A stretch of 47,244 nucleotides of DNA from a virus (lineage: Duplodnaviria; Caudoviricetes), in IMG/VR virus record IMGVR_UViG_3300025014_000154, positions 1 to 47,244 of that record; one strand, 5' to 3'. Every line of letters begins with the position of its first letter. Position 1 is the first letter of the stretch. This document shows positions 9,083 to 18,629 of this stretch, piece after piece. The translations under genes and the position numbers were made by a program. Under the pieces are notes generated by a model. It made no database searches, was not told the origin of the DNA, and was given only the letters and a program-made list of their open reading frames with translations.

Positions 9083-9372
9083 TGGGCACCTCCGAACAGT
9101 TTGAGTTTCACAAACGCTCCGGCGAGTAGCGCCATCACCAAGCCTGTGACGAGCATCTTCACGACAGTCAGGCCAGCGGTCTTCTTGGCTTCGTTGTAGG
9201 CATCGAGCAGATTGCGCAGCTCGCGGATGTCGTGAGCCGCGTCTTCGCCATCAAGCCCCACCCCTTGCAAGGCGTGTCGGGCACCTCTTTGGGCGGCAAG
9301 CTCTAGCATTTGCTCAAAATCAGGCTGCGGCATCGTGACCGTCTTGCGTCGTTCAATTGGAAGGTCTTCCAT
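9079..9372 (-). CDS. DUF6127-like phage membrane protein (lysis-cassette associated)
   Basis: GARHALQGVGLDGEDAAHDIRELRNLL followed by a C-terminal hydrophobic helix; ATGA coupling to next gene. Confidence 0.65.
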   Translation of the reverse strand: MEDLPIERRKTVTMPQPDFEQMLELAAQRGARHALQGVGLDGEDAAHDIRELRNLLDAYNEAKKTAGLTVVKMLVTGLVMALLAGAFVKLKLFGGAQ

Positions 9373-9481
9373 TTTTCATGCTCCAAAAATGCGAAACCCG
9401 CCACATGCGCGTGATGCACACCGAAGCGGGTTTCTAGTTAAAAAAGGGTTAAAAAGCTTAAAAATTGCTTTTCAGTCAGGG

Positions 9482-9703
9482 TCAGATTTCAATGATTTCC
9501 AGACTCAGGTTGGGTGCGACGGCTTCCACAACGCCATCACGCACAAATACGCGCGCTCCCATGTTTGCGCTTCCCCTGGCCTTGACCGTGCCGCCACCGG
9601 GTAACTTGACAGTGACCACGCCGGTGCCAATCTCAGACACGGTGCCGACTTGTAACGGTGGGTCAGACAGCAATTGCCTGAACTGCTCGTAAACGTTATG
9701 CAT
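9482..9703 (-). CDS. Small phage tail-tip-associated protein (73 aa)
   Basis: Start reassigned to MHNVYEQF, overlapping upstream stop (ATGCATAA); beta-rich sequence. Confidence 0.6.
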   Translation of the reverse strand: MHNVYEQFRQLLSDPPLQVGTVSEIGTGVVTVKLPGGGTVKARGSANMGARVFVRDGVVEAVAPNLSLEIIEI

Positions 9704-11660
9704 AGGTCTGCACTCCCAAGGTTTGCCAGACCTCCGGAAACCCGGCCTGCACTTGGGTGGAGCGCACCAGCCCGATGCGGTCAACTCCGCCGTCGCGGTA
9801 CTGAACAAAAGCACCGGGCTCAATGATTCCGGTCTCAAGCAGCACCGGCAGATTCAAACTGACCTCGATCTGCCGACCGGTATCACTCAAAACTGCCAAA
9901 CCACGCTGACGGGCAACTGCCGCCTCAGTGATCAGGGCATCGACCACCATCGGTGCAAGCAAATCGCCAGCGGTGCCTGAACGAGTCACCTGCGCCAGCA
10001 CTCCGGCATCCATACCTGAGACAAACACCCGGTTGTAGGATGGCTTTTCCAACCAGCGCAGGGACTCTTTTTCAACTGCATCGAGCGGCAGCACAAAGTT
10101 GGGGGTCGCCGTCGCCCACTCCCAGGGAGCGACCGGATATCGGTGGCGCACGCGAATCGTTTGATCTCTGGGGTGAGGCAGCAGATAGCCACCGGCTGCC
10201 CCAGCAATGACACTCAAGGCCTCGATCCATGTCCCCTGATGAGCAAAAACACCAGAGGGCACATTCCAGTCTGTCAAACCCCAGTCCACGTTCCAACCCA
10301 TAGGCATACCGTTGATGCTCAGCACGTCATCCATCAACTGGCGTGCCATTCGCACCTGAGAATTGGTGAACGTCATCACCGGCGCATAGGGTGCAGCCAA
10401 CACGGCGTTCTTGCCACGTCCAGTCAATCGAATGCTGGTCTGCCCAAAGCTGCGTTCACGGCTGATGTTTTCAGCAAGGACTGCAAAAGTGGTGCCGTTC
10501 ACGTTGGCCAGCAGCTCCACTACCCCTGAGCCGTTTGGTTCGATCAGGCTCTGCGCGCTGTGCGGCAACACTGCATCAAATCCCCAGGCCCAGGATGACG
10601 CATCCAGCGACAGGGACAAACTATTGACCGGTACCTCCACCCCGTTGGATGCCCGGCGCAGACTGACATCGTTGATCACAAAGTACACCTTTCTGACCGC
10701 AACGGTCACAACGCCAGTTGGCTGTGTTGAAGGAAATTCACACTGACGAGCCCCAAACACCAGCATGGGTTTGGAGAGTGGTGGGCAGGCAAACAGCAAG
10801 GCTGTGCCCCAGTACGTCGGATCAACGGGTGGGATCACCGGGATCAAATGCACTCCCGGTCGCGGCACCCAAGCCTCTTGAAAAACCGATGGCAGGAACC
10901 TTCTCAGTGGGATGGCAGCACCAGCATGGCCCGTGTACCCCTTGTTGCGTGGAACCGCGCCAGCCCAAGAGTTCTCTAACCATGCGCGCCTGTCATGCAA
11001 CCCGTCTTGAAAACGGCCTACGGCGCGAACGGTTGGCGCACGGTTGCCTTCTTGGAAAGGACTGGTGCCGTTCACTCGGCGATCTGCCAGCCCATCCGAC
11101 CAATTGGCGTGCAAACGTGACCGCGTCGCATATCCATCCTGAAACTGCGATCCAACCTCTCGGCTTGAACGAATGGCTTCAACATAACTCGGACTCACAC
11201 CCTGGCGGATCGAGGCAGCGTTTTGCGCTTGATCCTGCGCGCCAGCATTGGTTGCCTGCGCGTGCTGCTGTGGCTGGGTCAAGCCTGACTCGGTAACCAT
11301 GGACACTTGCGACCAAGTCTGCACATGCGCCACTGTCGGGCGTTGTGTTTGGCTCTGGTACTTCACAGCGACCGTGCCGACCAGATCGGGCAATACCGCT
11401 TGCAAAGCCACCGGCACCCCAATGAACAGGTGCAACCGAGCGACCAGTTCTGGCAGTGCCCCTGAGACTTCGAGCATCGAGTCCGGGTGGGTGCTGGTGT
11501 CACTGTCACCAAACACCAAGCGGGTCGGATGCCCCCTGGGCGGCTGTGCAAACACCAGATCGGTGATTCTGGCGTTCGTGTCAGTGACACCCTCCCCAAA
11601 CAACAGACCCAGCGGCTGTCCATTCAGCGGAGTACCAGCAAAGACCAAGTTTTCTGGCAC
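9696..11660 (-). CDS. Phage tail/baseplate hub-like protein
   Basis: 654-aa ORF within tail module; function inferred from position. Confidence 0.6.
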   Translation of the reverse strand: MPENLVFAGTPLNGQPLGLLFGEGVTDTNARITDLVFAQPPRGHPTRLVFGDSDTSTHPDSMLEVSGALPELVARLHLFIGVPVALQAVLPDLVGTVAVKYQSQTQRPTVAHVQTWSQVSMVTESGLTQPQQHAQATNAGAQDQAQNAASIRQGVSPSYVEAIRSSREVGSQFQDGYATRSRLHANWSDGLADRRVNGTSPFQEGNRAPTVRAVGRFQDGLHDRRAWLENSWAGAVPRNKGYTGHAGAAIPLRRFLPSVFQEAWVPRPGVHLIPVIPPVDPTYWGTALLFACPPLSKPMLVFGARQCEFPSTQPTGVVTVAVRKVYFVINDVSLRRASNGVEVPVNSLSLSLDASSWAWGFDAVLPHSAQSLIEPNGSGVVELLANVNGTTFAVLAENISRERSFGQTSIRLTGRGKNAVLAAPYAPVMTFTNSQVRMARQLMDDVLSINGMPMGWNVDWGLTDWNVPSGVFAHQGTWIEALSVIAGAAGGYLLPHPRDQTIRVRHRYPVAPWEWATATPNFVLPLDAVEKESLRWLEKPSYNRVFVSGMDAGVLAQVTRSGTAGDLLAPMVVDALITEAAVARQRGLAVLSDTGRQIEVSLNLPVLLETGIIEPGAFVQYRDGGVDRIGLVRSTQVQAGFPEVWQTLGVQTYA

Positions 11661-11690
11661 GGCGTGAGCCCTTCCCTATTCAAAAATTCG

Positions 11691-12098
11691 TCAGGCCAAA
11701 GTGCATTGCCCCAAGAGTGCCCGCGCACCGGCGTAAAGCACCGTGCCGCTGGTGCCCGAGAGTTTGAAATCTCCGGTATCCGCAGCGTCCGACACCGAAC
11801 CGTCGGCCACCACTTCGTCACGGCCGTTGATCCAGCGTGCCCAAAGCGCAGTGCCAGTCTCCAGAATCAGGTCACCTGATGGCTCGAATTGCTTGAGGGT
11901 CAGCACGCTGGCATTGATCTCGCCACACGGCTTGGCCAGCAGTATTTCCACCAGCAGTCCACCACTCGGGTCGCCTCCGGTTGCTGGTTGGGTGGTTGCG
12001 TACAGTCGAATCCGGCTGTTTTGCGGGCCAGCATCTGCAAACGTGAGCGTCCCTGTCAGGCGTGCCAGCTTGTGTGCAGGAGAAATAGCCAGCGTCAT
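11691..12098 (-). CDS. Phage tail-module protein
   Basis: 135 aa, ATGA-coupled to upstream gene. Confidence 0.6.
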   Translation of the reverse strand: MTLAISPAHKLARLTGTLTFADAGPQNSRIRLYATTQPATGGDPSGGLLVEILLAKPCGEINASVLTLKQFEPSGDLILETGTALWARWINGRDEVVADGSVSDAADTGDFKLSGTSGTVLYAGARALLGQCTLA

Positions 12099-13168
12099 GG
12101 TGACTGCTCCGTCATCAACTCAGGCACCACCCGATCAGCCACCACAGCCCGAAAGGCTTGGGTGTGGTCGTAGCTCACCACGGTGTAGGTGGTGTTCATG
12201 GCGATCCGGCTAAACGAATACACGCCGGTCGCCGCTTCGCTCCATGTCTCACGGATCACGGCCCGGGTGGCTTCCTCAATCAGCAAAACGCGCCGCCGCA
12301 CTGGTGTGGCTGGTGAGTTTTTGACCGTGCCCACCACCTGGCCGACACCACCGAAGTAAATGTCGTGTTTGCCCAAGATCGGCAGCAACGTCTTGTTGCG
12401 AACACCCAGGCCATCAAGCGCCTGTATCGGCGCAGTGTTGATGCGCCCGATGTTGTCACCCAAGCCTTGGGTCGCCAGGTTGACGGTTGGAATGGTGTTG
12501 ACCCGGCTCAGATCCGTGCCAAATCCATGGAATGTTGCAGTAACACCCGCCAACGCCAACCGCAGAGCCGCTTCAATGGCTCGAATATCTGCCTGAGTGG
12601 CCACGCCTGTCCAGATGCCAAGCGCATGGAAATATTCGTCGGTGTCTAGGTTGTATTCGTTGCCGTTCGCGCCATAACCGATCTGCCCGATCTGGCTCAT
12701 GGTGTAACTGCTGCTCACAGGTATGCCCACCAGATTGCCGTCCACGTACAAAATCGAGTCTGACCCGCGCGTGACCATTGCCACAAAGTAACGCGTGCCA
12801 ATGGATCCGTACAACCCATAGGGAGCAGAGGCATTGGCTTTTGCGGCATGCCAGCCCTGTCCGTTGTCAGACAGGTGCAGCGCATAGCCAGAGGTGTCGT
12901 TGTATCCCGGGGTCAGCAGCACCGTACGCCGCTTCGGTGTCCAAAACCCGGCAACCACACCGGTCGCTGGCATGGGAATTGGTGTGGTTAGTGCCATCGG
13001 GTTACCGTTACCCGCCACACTTTTGAGCTGGAAATCGTTGGGCAGCAGAGTGCTGGTGGCGGTGATGTGATTAACACCCACGCCATCAAGCAGCTGCGTG
13101 TCGCTTATTCTGCTTGCATCAAACGCCGCCACCGGGGTCAATCCCGCCGCAGTAGTCCACCAAGTCAT
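12095..13168 (-). CDS. Putative receptor-binding/tail-tip protein (possible LamG/ConA-like N-terminal domain)
   Basis: YFVAMVTRGSDSILYVDGNLVG beta-sandwich-like segment; C-terminal VVGTVKNSPATPVRRRVLL...GVYSF Ig-like segment. Confidence 0.5.
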   Translation of the reverse strand: MTWWTTAAGLTPVAAFDASRISDTQLLDGVGVNHITATSTLLPNDFQLKSVAGNGNPMALTTPIPMPATGVVAGFWTPKRRTVLLTPGYNDTSGYALHLSDNGQGWHAAKANASAPYGLYGSIGTRYFVAMVTRGSDSILYVDGNLVGIPVSSSYTMSQIGQIGYGANGNEYNLDTDEYFHALGIWTGVATQADIRAIEAALRLALAGVTATFHGFGTDLSRVNTIPTVNLATQGLGDNIGRINTAPIQALDGLGVRNKTLLPILGKHDIYFGGVGQVVGTVKNSPATPVRRRVLLIEEATRAVIRETWSEAATGVYSFSRIAMNTTYTVVSYDHTQAFRAVVADRVVPELMTEQSP

Positions 13169-13171
13169 GGC

Positions 13172-14458
13172 TTACCACCATGGCCCGGTGATGTCATAGG
13201 CCAATGTGGCGGTGTAGTTGCCACTGCTGACCCCATGGGCGACCTTCAGCAGCAAAAAGGTGCGTCCTGGGTAGCCAGCCACGCCCGAGATGGTATCGAG
13301 ATGGTTGAAACTGGGGCTGTCGTTATGCACCCAGAACATGCCTGGCATCCTGCCGCGCAAGTGGGAGGTCTCGCGCAGCAAAGTCGGGTGCAAAATCATG
13401 CTGTAGTCTGGGCCATTGGGCCAGCTGATGCCCGTGCTGTAGCCCGAGGTGGTCTGTCCATTGTTGGTGTTCAGGCTGGTAAAAGATGGATTGACGTTGT
13501 TACCGATTTGCAGATAGCTGCGCATCAGAATCTTGCCGGTGCCGTCCAGGGTTCGCGGGAAGCGAGACCGCCAGTCGGAACTTTGGTAGCCCTCACTATC
13601 GAGTTGACTGGCATAGGCGTTTGCGCCCAGATATGCATCCTGCGCGCACAAAATGGTGTTGAACCCGTCAGCGCTGCGATAACTCTCAAAATCGGTAAAG
13701 CATTTGCCACCCAAGCCGCCGGAGTCTCCACCCTCATTAAAAATGTAGAAACCACGATCATCACCAACGACTGCCCATGGGCGGTTGTAAACAGCAGGAC
13801 TATATTCATCGTGGCCATTGCCTCCCGCTCTGGCGTAATACCACTTGTACCAACCATCAACCACAGTATTCCCTGATCCAGATGCGCCTTCGTTTTGGCT
13901 TGGATTTGCTGAATCGAACGGTGCGCGTGCTCCAACAAAGGTGTCGATATCGCTCATGCCCTGAGCCATCGTCACTTTGGCTTTCTTGGCATAAGTGGTG
14001 GTGTAAGCCGGGTCTAAACTATCGTCCACGCGCAGATAGGGGCGATTGGAAAGGACATTCTTGCTGCGGTAAGCGCGCTTGTTGGTGGCGGTAAATGCAA
14101 TCTCCCAGCCCAGCGGTGCCACCTTGGAGGTGATGCTCGCCCCAGTGGCCGGACTCACAGGCGTGCCGGTGATGGCATAAGTGAAAGTGCTGGTGGTCAC
14201 AGCCACCACTCGCACCTCGCCGTTGTACTCGCTTTGATCTGCTCCTGAAATGGCCAGCACCTGACCCACCCAATACAAATGCCCAGCAGGGATATTGGCC
14301 GTGGCAACACCGGCATCGCTGGTCAGCGTTTCGATGGTTTTGAGGTTGAAACCGGTGACCAGCACCGCATCGAGCAGCGCAGTCATGCAGCCCCAGTCGT
14401 TGGTCAGTTGAGGAGCTCCCTGCATGGTGTTGGCATAGTATTTGACGGGCAGTGTCAT
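13172..14458 (-). CDS. Putative tail fibre/virion structural protein
   Basis: 428 aa, GAPQLTNDWGCMTALLDAVLVTGF N-terminus; SD AAGGA upstream; tail module. Confidence 0.6.
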   Translation of the reverse strand: MTLPVKYYANTMQGAPQLTNDWGCMTALLDAVLVTGFNLKTIETLTSDAGVATANIPAGHLYWVGQVLAISGADQSEYNGEVRVVAVTTSTFTYAITGTPVSPATGASITSKVAPLGWEIAFTATNKRAYRSKNVLSNRPYLRVDDSLDPAYTTTYAKKAKVTMAQGMSDIDTFVGARAPFDSANPSQNEGASGSGNTVVDGWYKWYYARAGGNGHDEYSPAVYNRPWAVVGDDRGFYIFNEGGDSGGLGGKCFTDFESYRSADGFNTILCAQDAYLGANAYASQLDSEGYQSSDWRSRFPRTLDGTGKILMRSYLQIGNNVNPSFTSLNTNNGQTTSGYSTGISWPNGPDYSMILHPTLLRETSHLRGRMPGMFWVHNDSPSFNHLDTISGVAGYPGRTFLLLKVAHGVSSGNYTATLAYDITGPWW

Positions 14459-14491
14459 GGCAGATTCCTTTGAAATAGTTGAGGGGGTGGT

Positions 14492-14559
14492 AGGACTGAG
14501 GACTAAGTGCTGAGGACTGAGGTGAATTCACTCAGTCCTGAGCCCTCAGTCCTCAGCAC
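14492..14559. repeat. Heptamer-repeat inverted repeat (AGGACTG-type units)
   Basis: AGGACTG AGGACTA AGTGCTG AGGACTG then inverted units; perfect 16-bp IR 14507-14522 / 14544-14559. Confidence 0.85.
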
Positions 14560-14565
14560 GGCCGT

Positions 14566-17500
14566 TTACGGCCTATCTACATCGCCGCGAGACAGCAAGG
14601 TGAACGAGTGCTGGATGCCGGTGTTGGGCCCTTGCTGGATGGTTCGCACCACCCACACCGGTGTCATCGCGCCCACGGTGTTAAAGCGCAGCATGTTTCC
14701 CGCCGCCCAGCCAATGCCCCAGCCCAGAGCAGGAACCTTGAAATACGGCGTGTTGGTGGCAGGGTTGTTGGGGCTCAGATCGGTGTTGGTACTGCCAATG
14801 GCAATGACCCCGACGTGCTCGCCGATGACGTTGAAACTCGTGGTGTTGGTGAACACCAGCGCCCAGCGTTCGGACACAGCGCCCTTGTTGGTCACCACAA
14901 TCGGTGCCAGCACGTCGTTGAACGTGCCGGTTGCCGCAGTTCCGCTGACCCCATCGAGCCAGGTGGTGCCGTTCCAGGTGGCCTGATCGAACAGCACGGA
15001 CACCCGGGCTTTGAGGTCTCCGGCGATCAGCGCGCTCGATACAAAGCTGCTGGGTGGACTGGTGATCGGATATTCATGCGTCAGTGGCCGCGTGAAGGTC
15101 AACTCGCCACTGATCTGCACATCACTCACCACGGCCATGTCTTCGACCCGGTGCTCAATTCGAACGGGTTGGCTGTAGCCGGTAACAGAGGTAAAAGTCA
15201 CCGTCCCGGCTTCAAGATCGACTGAGTAGCCTACGTTGATGACATTGCCATCGAACCCCACCACCCGAACCCGGCTCAAACGTACCCGTGCGCAGTTGAT
15301 GGTTTGACCGTTGGCGACAGTCGCTGTGATCGACTGAGTATTGCCCACCACAGCAAAGCCACCCGGGCGAAAAATTGGTACCCGACCGTCACTGGGCAAG
15401 CGCACCGGGTCAATGCCAAGGATATTGGCATCCAGTGGCAGATAGCTGTAGGCCACGGCCGCATAACGAATGGAGTCCGCCATGACAGCAGATGCCACAA
15501 AGATATGCCCGCCGATGATTTTGGACGCGTCATACCAGGGCTTGGTCTCATTGCCTGCGGCCGTCTCCCATTTACCAAAGGCCAGCGACACAATGCCGGT
15601 CTCGTAATCCACCTTGCCGGTCACGTTGGCAGATTCAATTCGGCCGTTGGCATCTGAGGTGACGATGTGCGAAACCTGCGCATCATCATCGGCCAGCACA
15701 AATTGCACCGCCAGACTGGACGGGCGAATCGGTGCCGTGCTGGTTCTGAACTGCACGTCAGTCACCGGCATCGGACTCTGGCTGGTCACCATGCTGGTGA
15801 TTACGCCAGCATTGGTCGCACCCACTGGCAACACCGTCAGACTTGCCATGCCGGTCGAATAGTTGATGCTGCCCGAAGTCAGACCGGAACCTGTTGCCGG
15901 ATCGATGTTGGTGATGAGTGAACCCTGGCGGTCAATAAATCGTGTGCCGCCCAATGTAAAGCTGCATGACCCGCCCACAATGGGCTCAGCCGAGCTTTGC
16001 GTCAGATCGATCTGAAATTGAACCGGGAACACCTCGGTATTCGTGGTTCCAGCGGCACTGGTGCGGTAAGTGACCTTGACATACCCGGACATGTCGGTGG
16101 GCATGATGGCCCCGATGGTCTGGTAGATGAAGCCAGCAAACACTGTTTTCTCAGTGGCCAGGGTGCCAGTGTACCAAGCGTTGTCGAAAACCTGGGTGCC
16201 GATGACCACCTTTGTCCAGTTGGGCTTGGGCAAGGCAATCACGGTATCGGGTTTGAAACTCAAAGTGCCAGCGGCGTAATTGATCACGCCTGCACACTCA
16301 GGTCGCGTCTGAAACCCGCCTGCGCCGTTGTCATGGACGATGACGATAGGGTCGCGGTTGGGCTTGTAAGTTAGGGAGAGCCAACGGGTAGAAATCTGAC
16401 CCTCAATGGTCAGGTCTTTCTCGTCAAACACGGTGTTCCACTCAACCTTGACCGTGCGCGCCAGTACATTGGGGTTGGCCAGAACGATCTCGATGTGACC
16501 ATCCGGCGCAAAACGCTCGGGTGCCTGGAAATTCTCTTCAATCGGTGGTCCCCACGAGTAGTCAATGCTGACCTGTGCGCCGGAGCTGGGCAGGATCAGT
16601 GGTTTGAAGGTGACCACGCCATCCAAATAGTCCACTTTGCCGGTGGCATCCCCGGTGAGGAGCCCCTGTCCATTGTCAGTGGCGGTTTTATTCACACCGC
16701 CCGTCACCCAAGTCAAAGTGACCGTGCCCGGTGCCACGCCAGGGTTAGCTAGCGTAAAAACCGATTGGGCTGCTATTGCCCCACCATAGACGGCGGTGTC
16801 GGCAGTGGCCAGCCCATAGGTGGCGAGCACTTGCGTTCCCGCATCGGGTAAGGCAGCAAGCGTGACCATCATCGATCCGGTGTTGAAATTGAGCGTGCCT
16901 GCACCCACTGAGCCAAAAGCACTGCGCAACTGGCCGTTGCCCGCATCACGCAGGGTGTACCAGCGACCCTGGGCGCGATAACTTAACGCGAAACTGCTTG
17001 GCTTGGGAGCAGGGTCGAAGATGGCCACCAGTGTGCTGGAGCGCGATTCAGGTGTTACTGCCCAACTAGCGGTGTGAAGTGATCGCACCGGTGTTGCAGC
17101 GGGTGTGTAGACGATCGTCTTGGCCCCATCGTAGCTCACGGACGGATCGGTGATTGAAATACGCCCATTGGCATAGTCCACCGCACCGACTGCGCTGCCC
17201 GTAGCCGACAACAGGCCACCGTCATCGACCAGGGTCAAGTTGCCGGTTGTCAGTTTGAGCGTATTGGGCATGATCGCCTGGCCCACGCTGATGGTGTGGG
17301 AGGTGTTGAGTGCTACCGATGTCGTGATCGTTAAGGGCCCACCCGCAGCAGATAAAACCACCTGTTCACCGTTGGGTTTCAGATCAACCAGTGGGGTTTC
17401 AGTCTGGGCACTGGGCACCAGTTGGGTGTAGACACTGCTGGCCCGAATGCTGAACGTCCCAAGATTGGCGGCTGCGGCCAGCGGCACCACGCCCACATAG

Positions 17501-18189
17501 GAGCCCGCGTCAGCCACCGTGGTATCGCGAATCCGGGTTGCCCCGGCTGCCGGTGCAGCCTTGGCATTGCCCTCGGAACCCTGGAAATCGGCGCGCAGCG
17601 CGTCACTGATGGAGCAGGTCACCACGTTCATGTCGACCATCTTTCCCTGGCTGTCCTCGAACTTTCGCTTGACGGCGCTGACCTCGGTGGTGCGGATGTA
17701 CTGGTTTCTCTCGTTGGTTGCACCCTCGTTTTGCACCAGCACCATGGTCTGGCCGATACGAGGCAATTCGGCATCCACACTCTGCAAGATTTGAATGGCT
17801 CGCTGACCAGCAATGTGGTTCTCCAGCAACATGCCGCCCCACATCGGCCCTTTGGTGAGGTAGCTCTCCACCCGGGCCGATGCGGCATCGCGCCGGTCAA
17901 AGGTGTCGCGAGTGCTGAACAGCGTGACACTGACATTGGGATCCGCAGGGGGCTCGGAGACGATGATGTTCGAGCCCATGTAGGTGTCGGTGTCCATGGT
18001 CTGCACTGAGACGTGGAGTTTGCGCAAATTCACCCGGCCACCGGCGCGGTCGAGTTCAGAGATGTCCGGAAAGATGGCATTGCTGGTGCCGTCCGTGATG
18101 ACCGTGGCGGTGGGTGCGCCACCACCCTCAGGCACGTCGTCCATGACTTGGGATGCGACCAGTTTGATATCGCCAGTGAGAATGGGCAT
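14566..18189 (-). CDS. Large phage tail/baseplate structural protein (1207 aa)
   Basis: Follows tape measure and a small gene; repeated G(A/K/V)(V/I)(D/N)YxxG beta units. Confidence 0.7.
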   Translation of the reverse strand: MPILTGDIKLVASQVMDDVPEGGGAPTATVITDGTSNAIFPDISELDRAGGRVNLRKLHVSVQTMDTDTYMGSNIIVSEPPADPNVSVTLFSTRDTFDRRDAASARVESYLTKGPMWGGMLLENHIAGQRAIQILQSVDAELPRIGQTMVLVQNEGATNERNQYIRTTEVSAVKRKFEDSQGKMVDMNVVTCSISDALRADFQGSEGNAKAAPAAGATRIRDTTVADAGSYVGVVPLAAAANLGTFSIRASSVYTQLVPSAQTETPLVDLKPNGEQVVLSAAGGPLTITTSVALNTSHTISVGQAIMPNTLKLTTGNLTLVDDGGLLSATGSAVGAVDYANGRISITDPSVSYDGAKTIVYTPAATPVRSLHTASWAVTPESRSSTLVAIFDPAPKPSSFALSYRAQGRWYTLRDAGNGQLRSAFGSVGAGTLNFNTGSMMVTLAALPDAGTQVLATYGLATADTAVYGGAIAAQSVFTLANPGVAPGTVTLTWVTGGVNKTATDNGQGLLTGDATGKVDYLDGVVTFKPLILPSSGAQVSIDYSWGPPIEENFQAPERFAPDGHIEIVLANPNVLARTVKVEWNTVFDEKDLTIEGQISTRWLSLTYKPNRDPIVIVHDNGAGGFQTRPECAGVINYAAGTLSFKPDTVIALPKPNWTKVVIGTQVFDNAWYTGTLATEKTVFAGFIYQTIGAIMPTDMSGYVKVTYRTSAAGTTNTEVFPVQFQIDLTQSSAEPIVGGSCSFTLGGTRFIDRQGSLITNIDPATGSGLTSGSINYSTGMASLTVLPVGATNAGVITSMVTSQSPMPVTDVQFRTSTAPIRPSSLAVQFVLADDDAQVSHIVTSDANGRIESANVTGKVDYETGIVSLAFGKWETAAGNETKPWYDASKIIGGHIFVASAVMADSIRYAAVAYSYLPLDANILGIDPVRLPSDGRVPIFRPGGFAVVGNTQSITATVANGQTINCARVRLSRVRVVGFDGNVINVGYSVDLEAGTVTFTSVTGYSQPVRIEHRVEDMAVVSDVQISGELTFTRPLTHEYPITSPPSSFVSSALIAGDLKARVSVLFDQATWNGTTWLDGVSGTAATGTFNDVLAPIVVTNKGAVSERWALVFTNTTSFNVIGEHVGVIAIGSTNTDLSPNNPATNTPYFKVPALGWGIGWAAGNMLRFNTVGAMTPVWVVRTIQQGPNTGIQHSFTLLSRGDVDRP

Positions 18190-18208
18190 GTCAATTCCTA
18201 ATAAAAAA

Positions 18209-18616
18209 TCAGATTTGCATCAGCTTCAAGCTGATGCGATAGAAATCAAAGTCAGACCGGGTAGGAAAGCCTGTAACGGGCTCGGCTTCAAGGGCTCCAT
18301 CACCATGGCGAAAGGCCACCGTGAAGATGCGACCATCCATGAGCGTCAATTCAAAGCGGCCACTGACCGCGTCCAGCGGCAGTGCGGCCCAATCACGCAG
18401 AACATTGACAACCGATCTCGTGACCCAAGCCATGTCGGCAGCGCCCACCAGGGTGATGGCACGCCCCGCTTGCCGGGTTGCCGACTGCACCAGCAACGAC
18501 CCAGTAATCAGGTAAGACACGCTGGAGACCACCGGACTCCAGCCGTGCTCATCGCTCCAGAGCAAATCGTCAGGCAGGGTCAACGTGTCCCCACTGAAGA
18601 GGTTTTTAAGTTCCAT
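18209..18616 (-). CDS. Phage minor tail protein (distal-tail position)
   Basis: 135 aa immediately downstream of tape measure. Confidence 0.6.
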   Translation of the reverse strand: MELKNLFSGDTLTLPDDLLWSDEHGWSPVVSSVSYLITGSLLVQSATRQAGRAITLVGAADMAWVTRSVVNVLRDWAALPLDAVSGRFELTLMDGRIFTVAFRHGDGALEAEPVTGFPTRSDFDFYRISLKLMQI

Positions 18617-18629
18617 AGGAGAGTGATCG

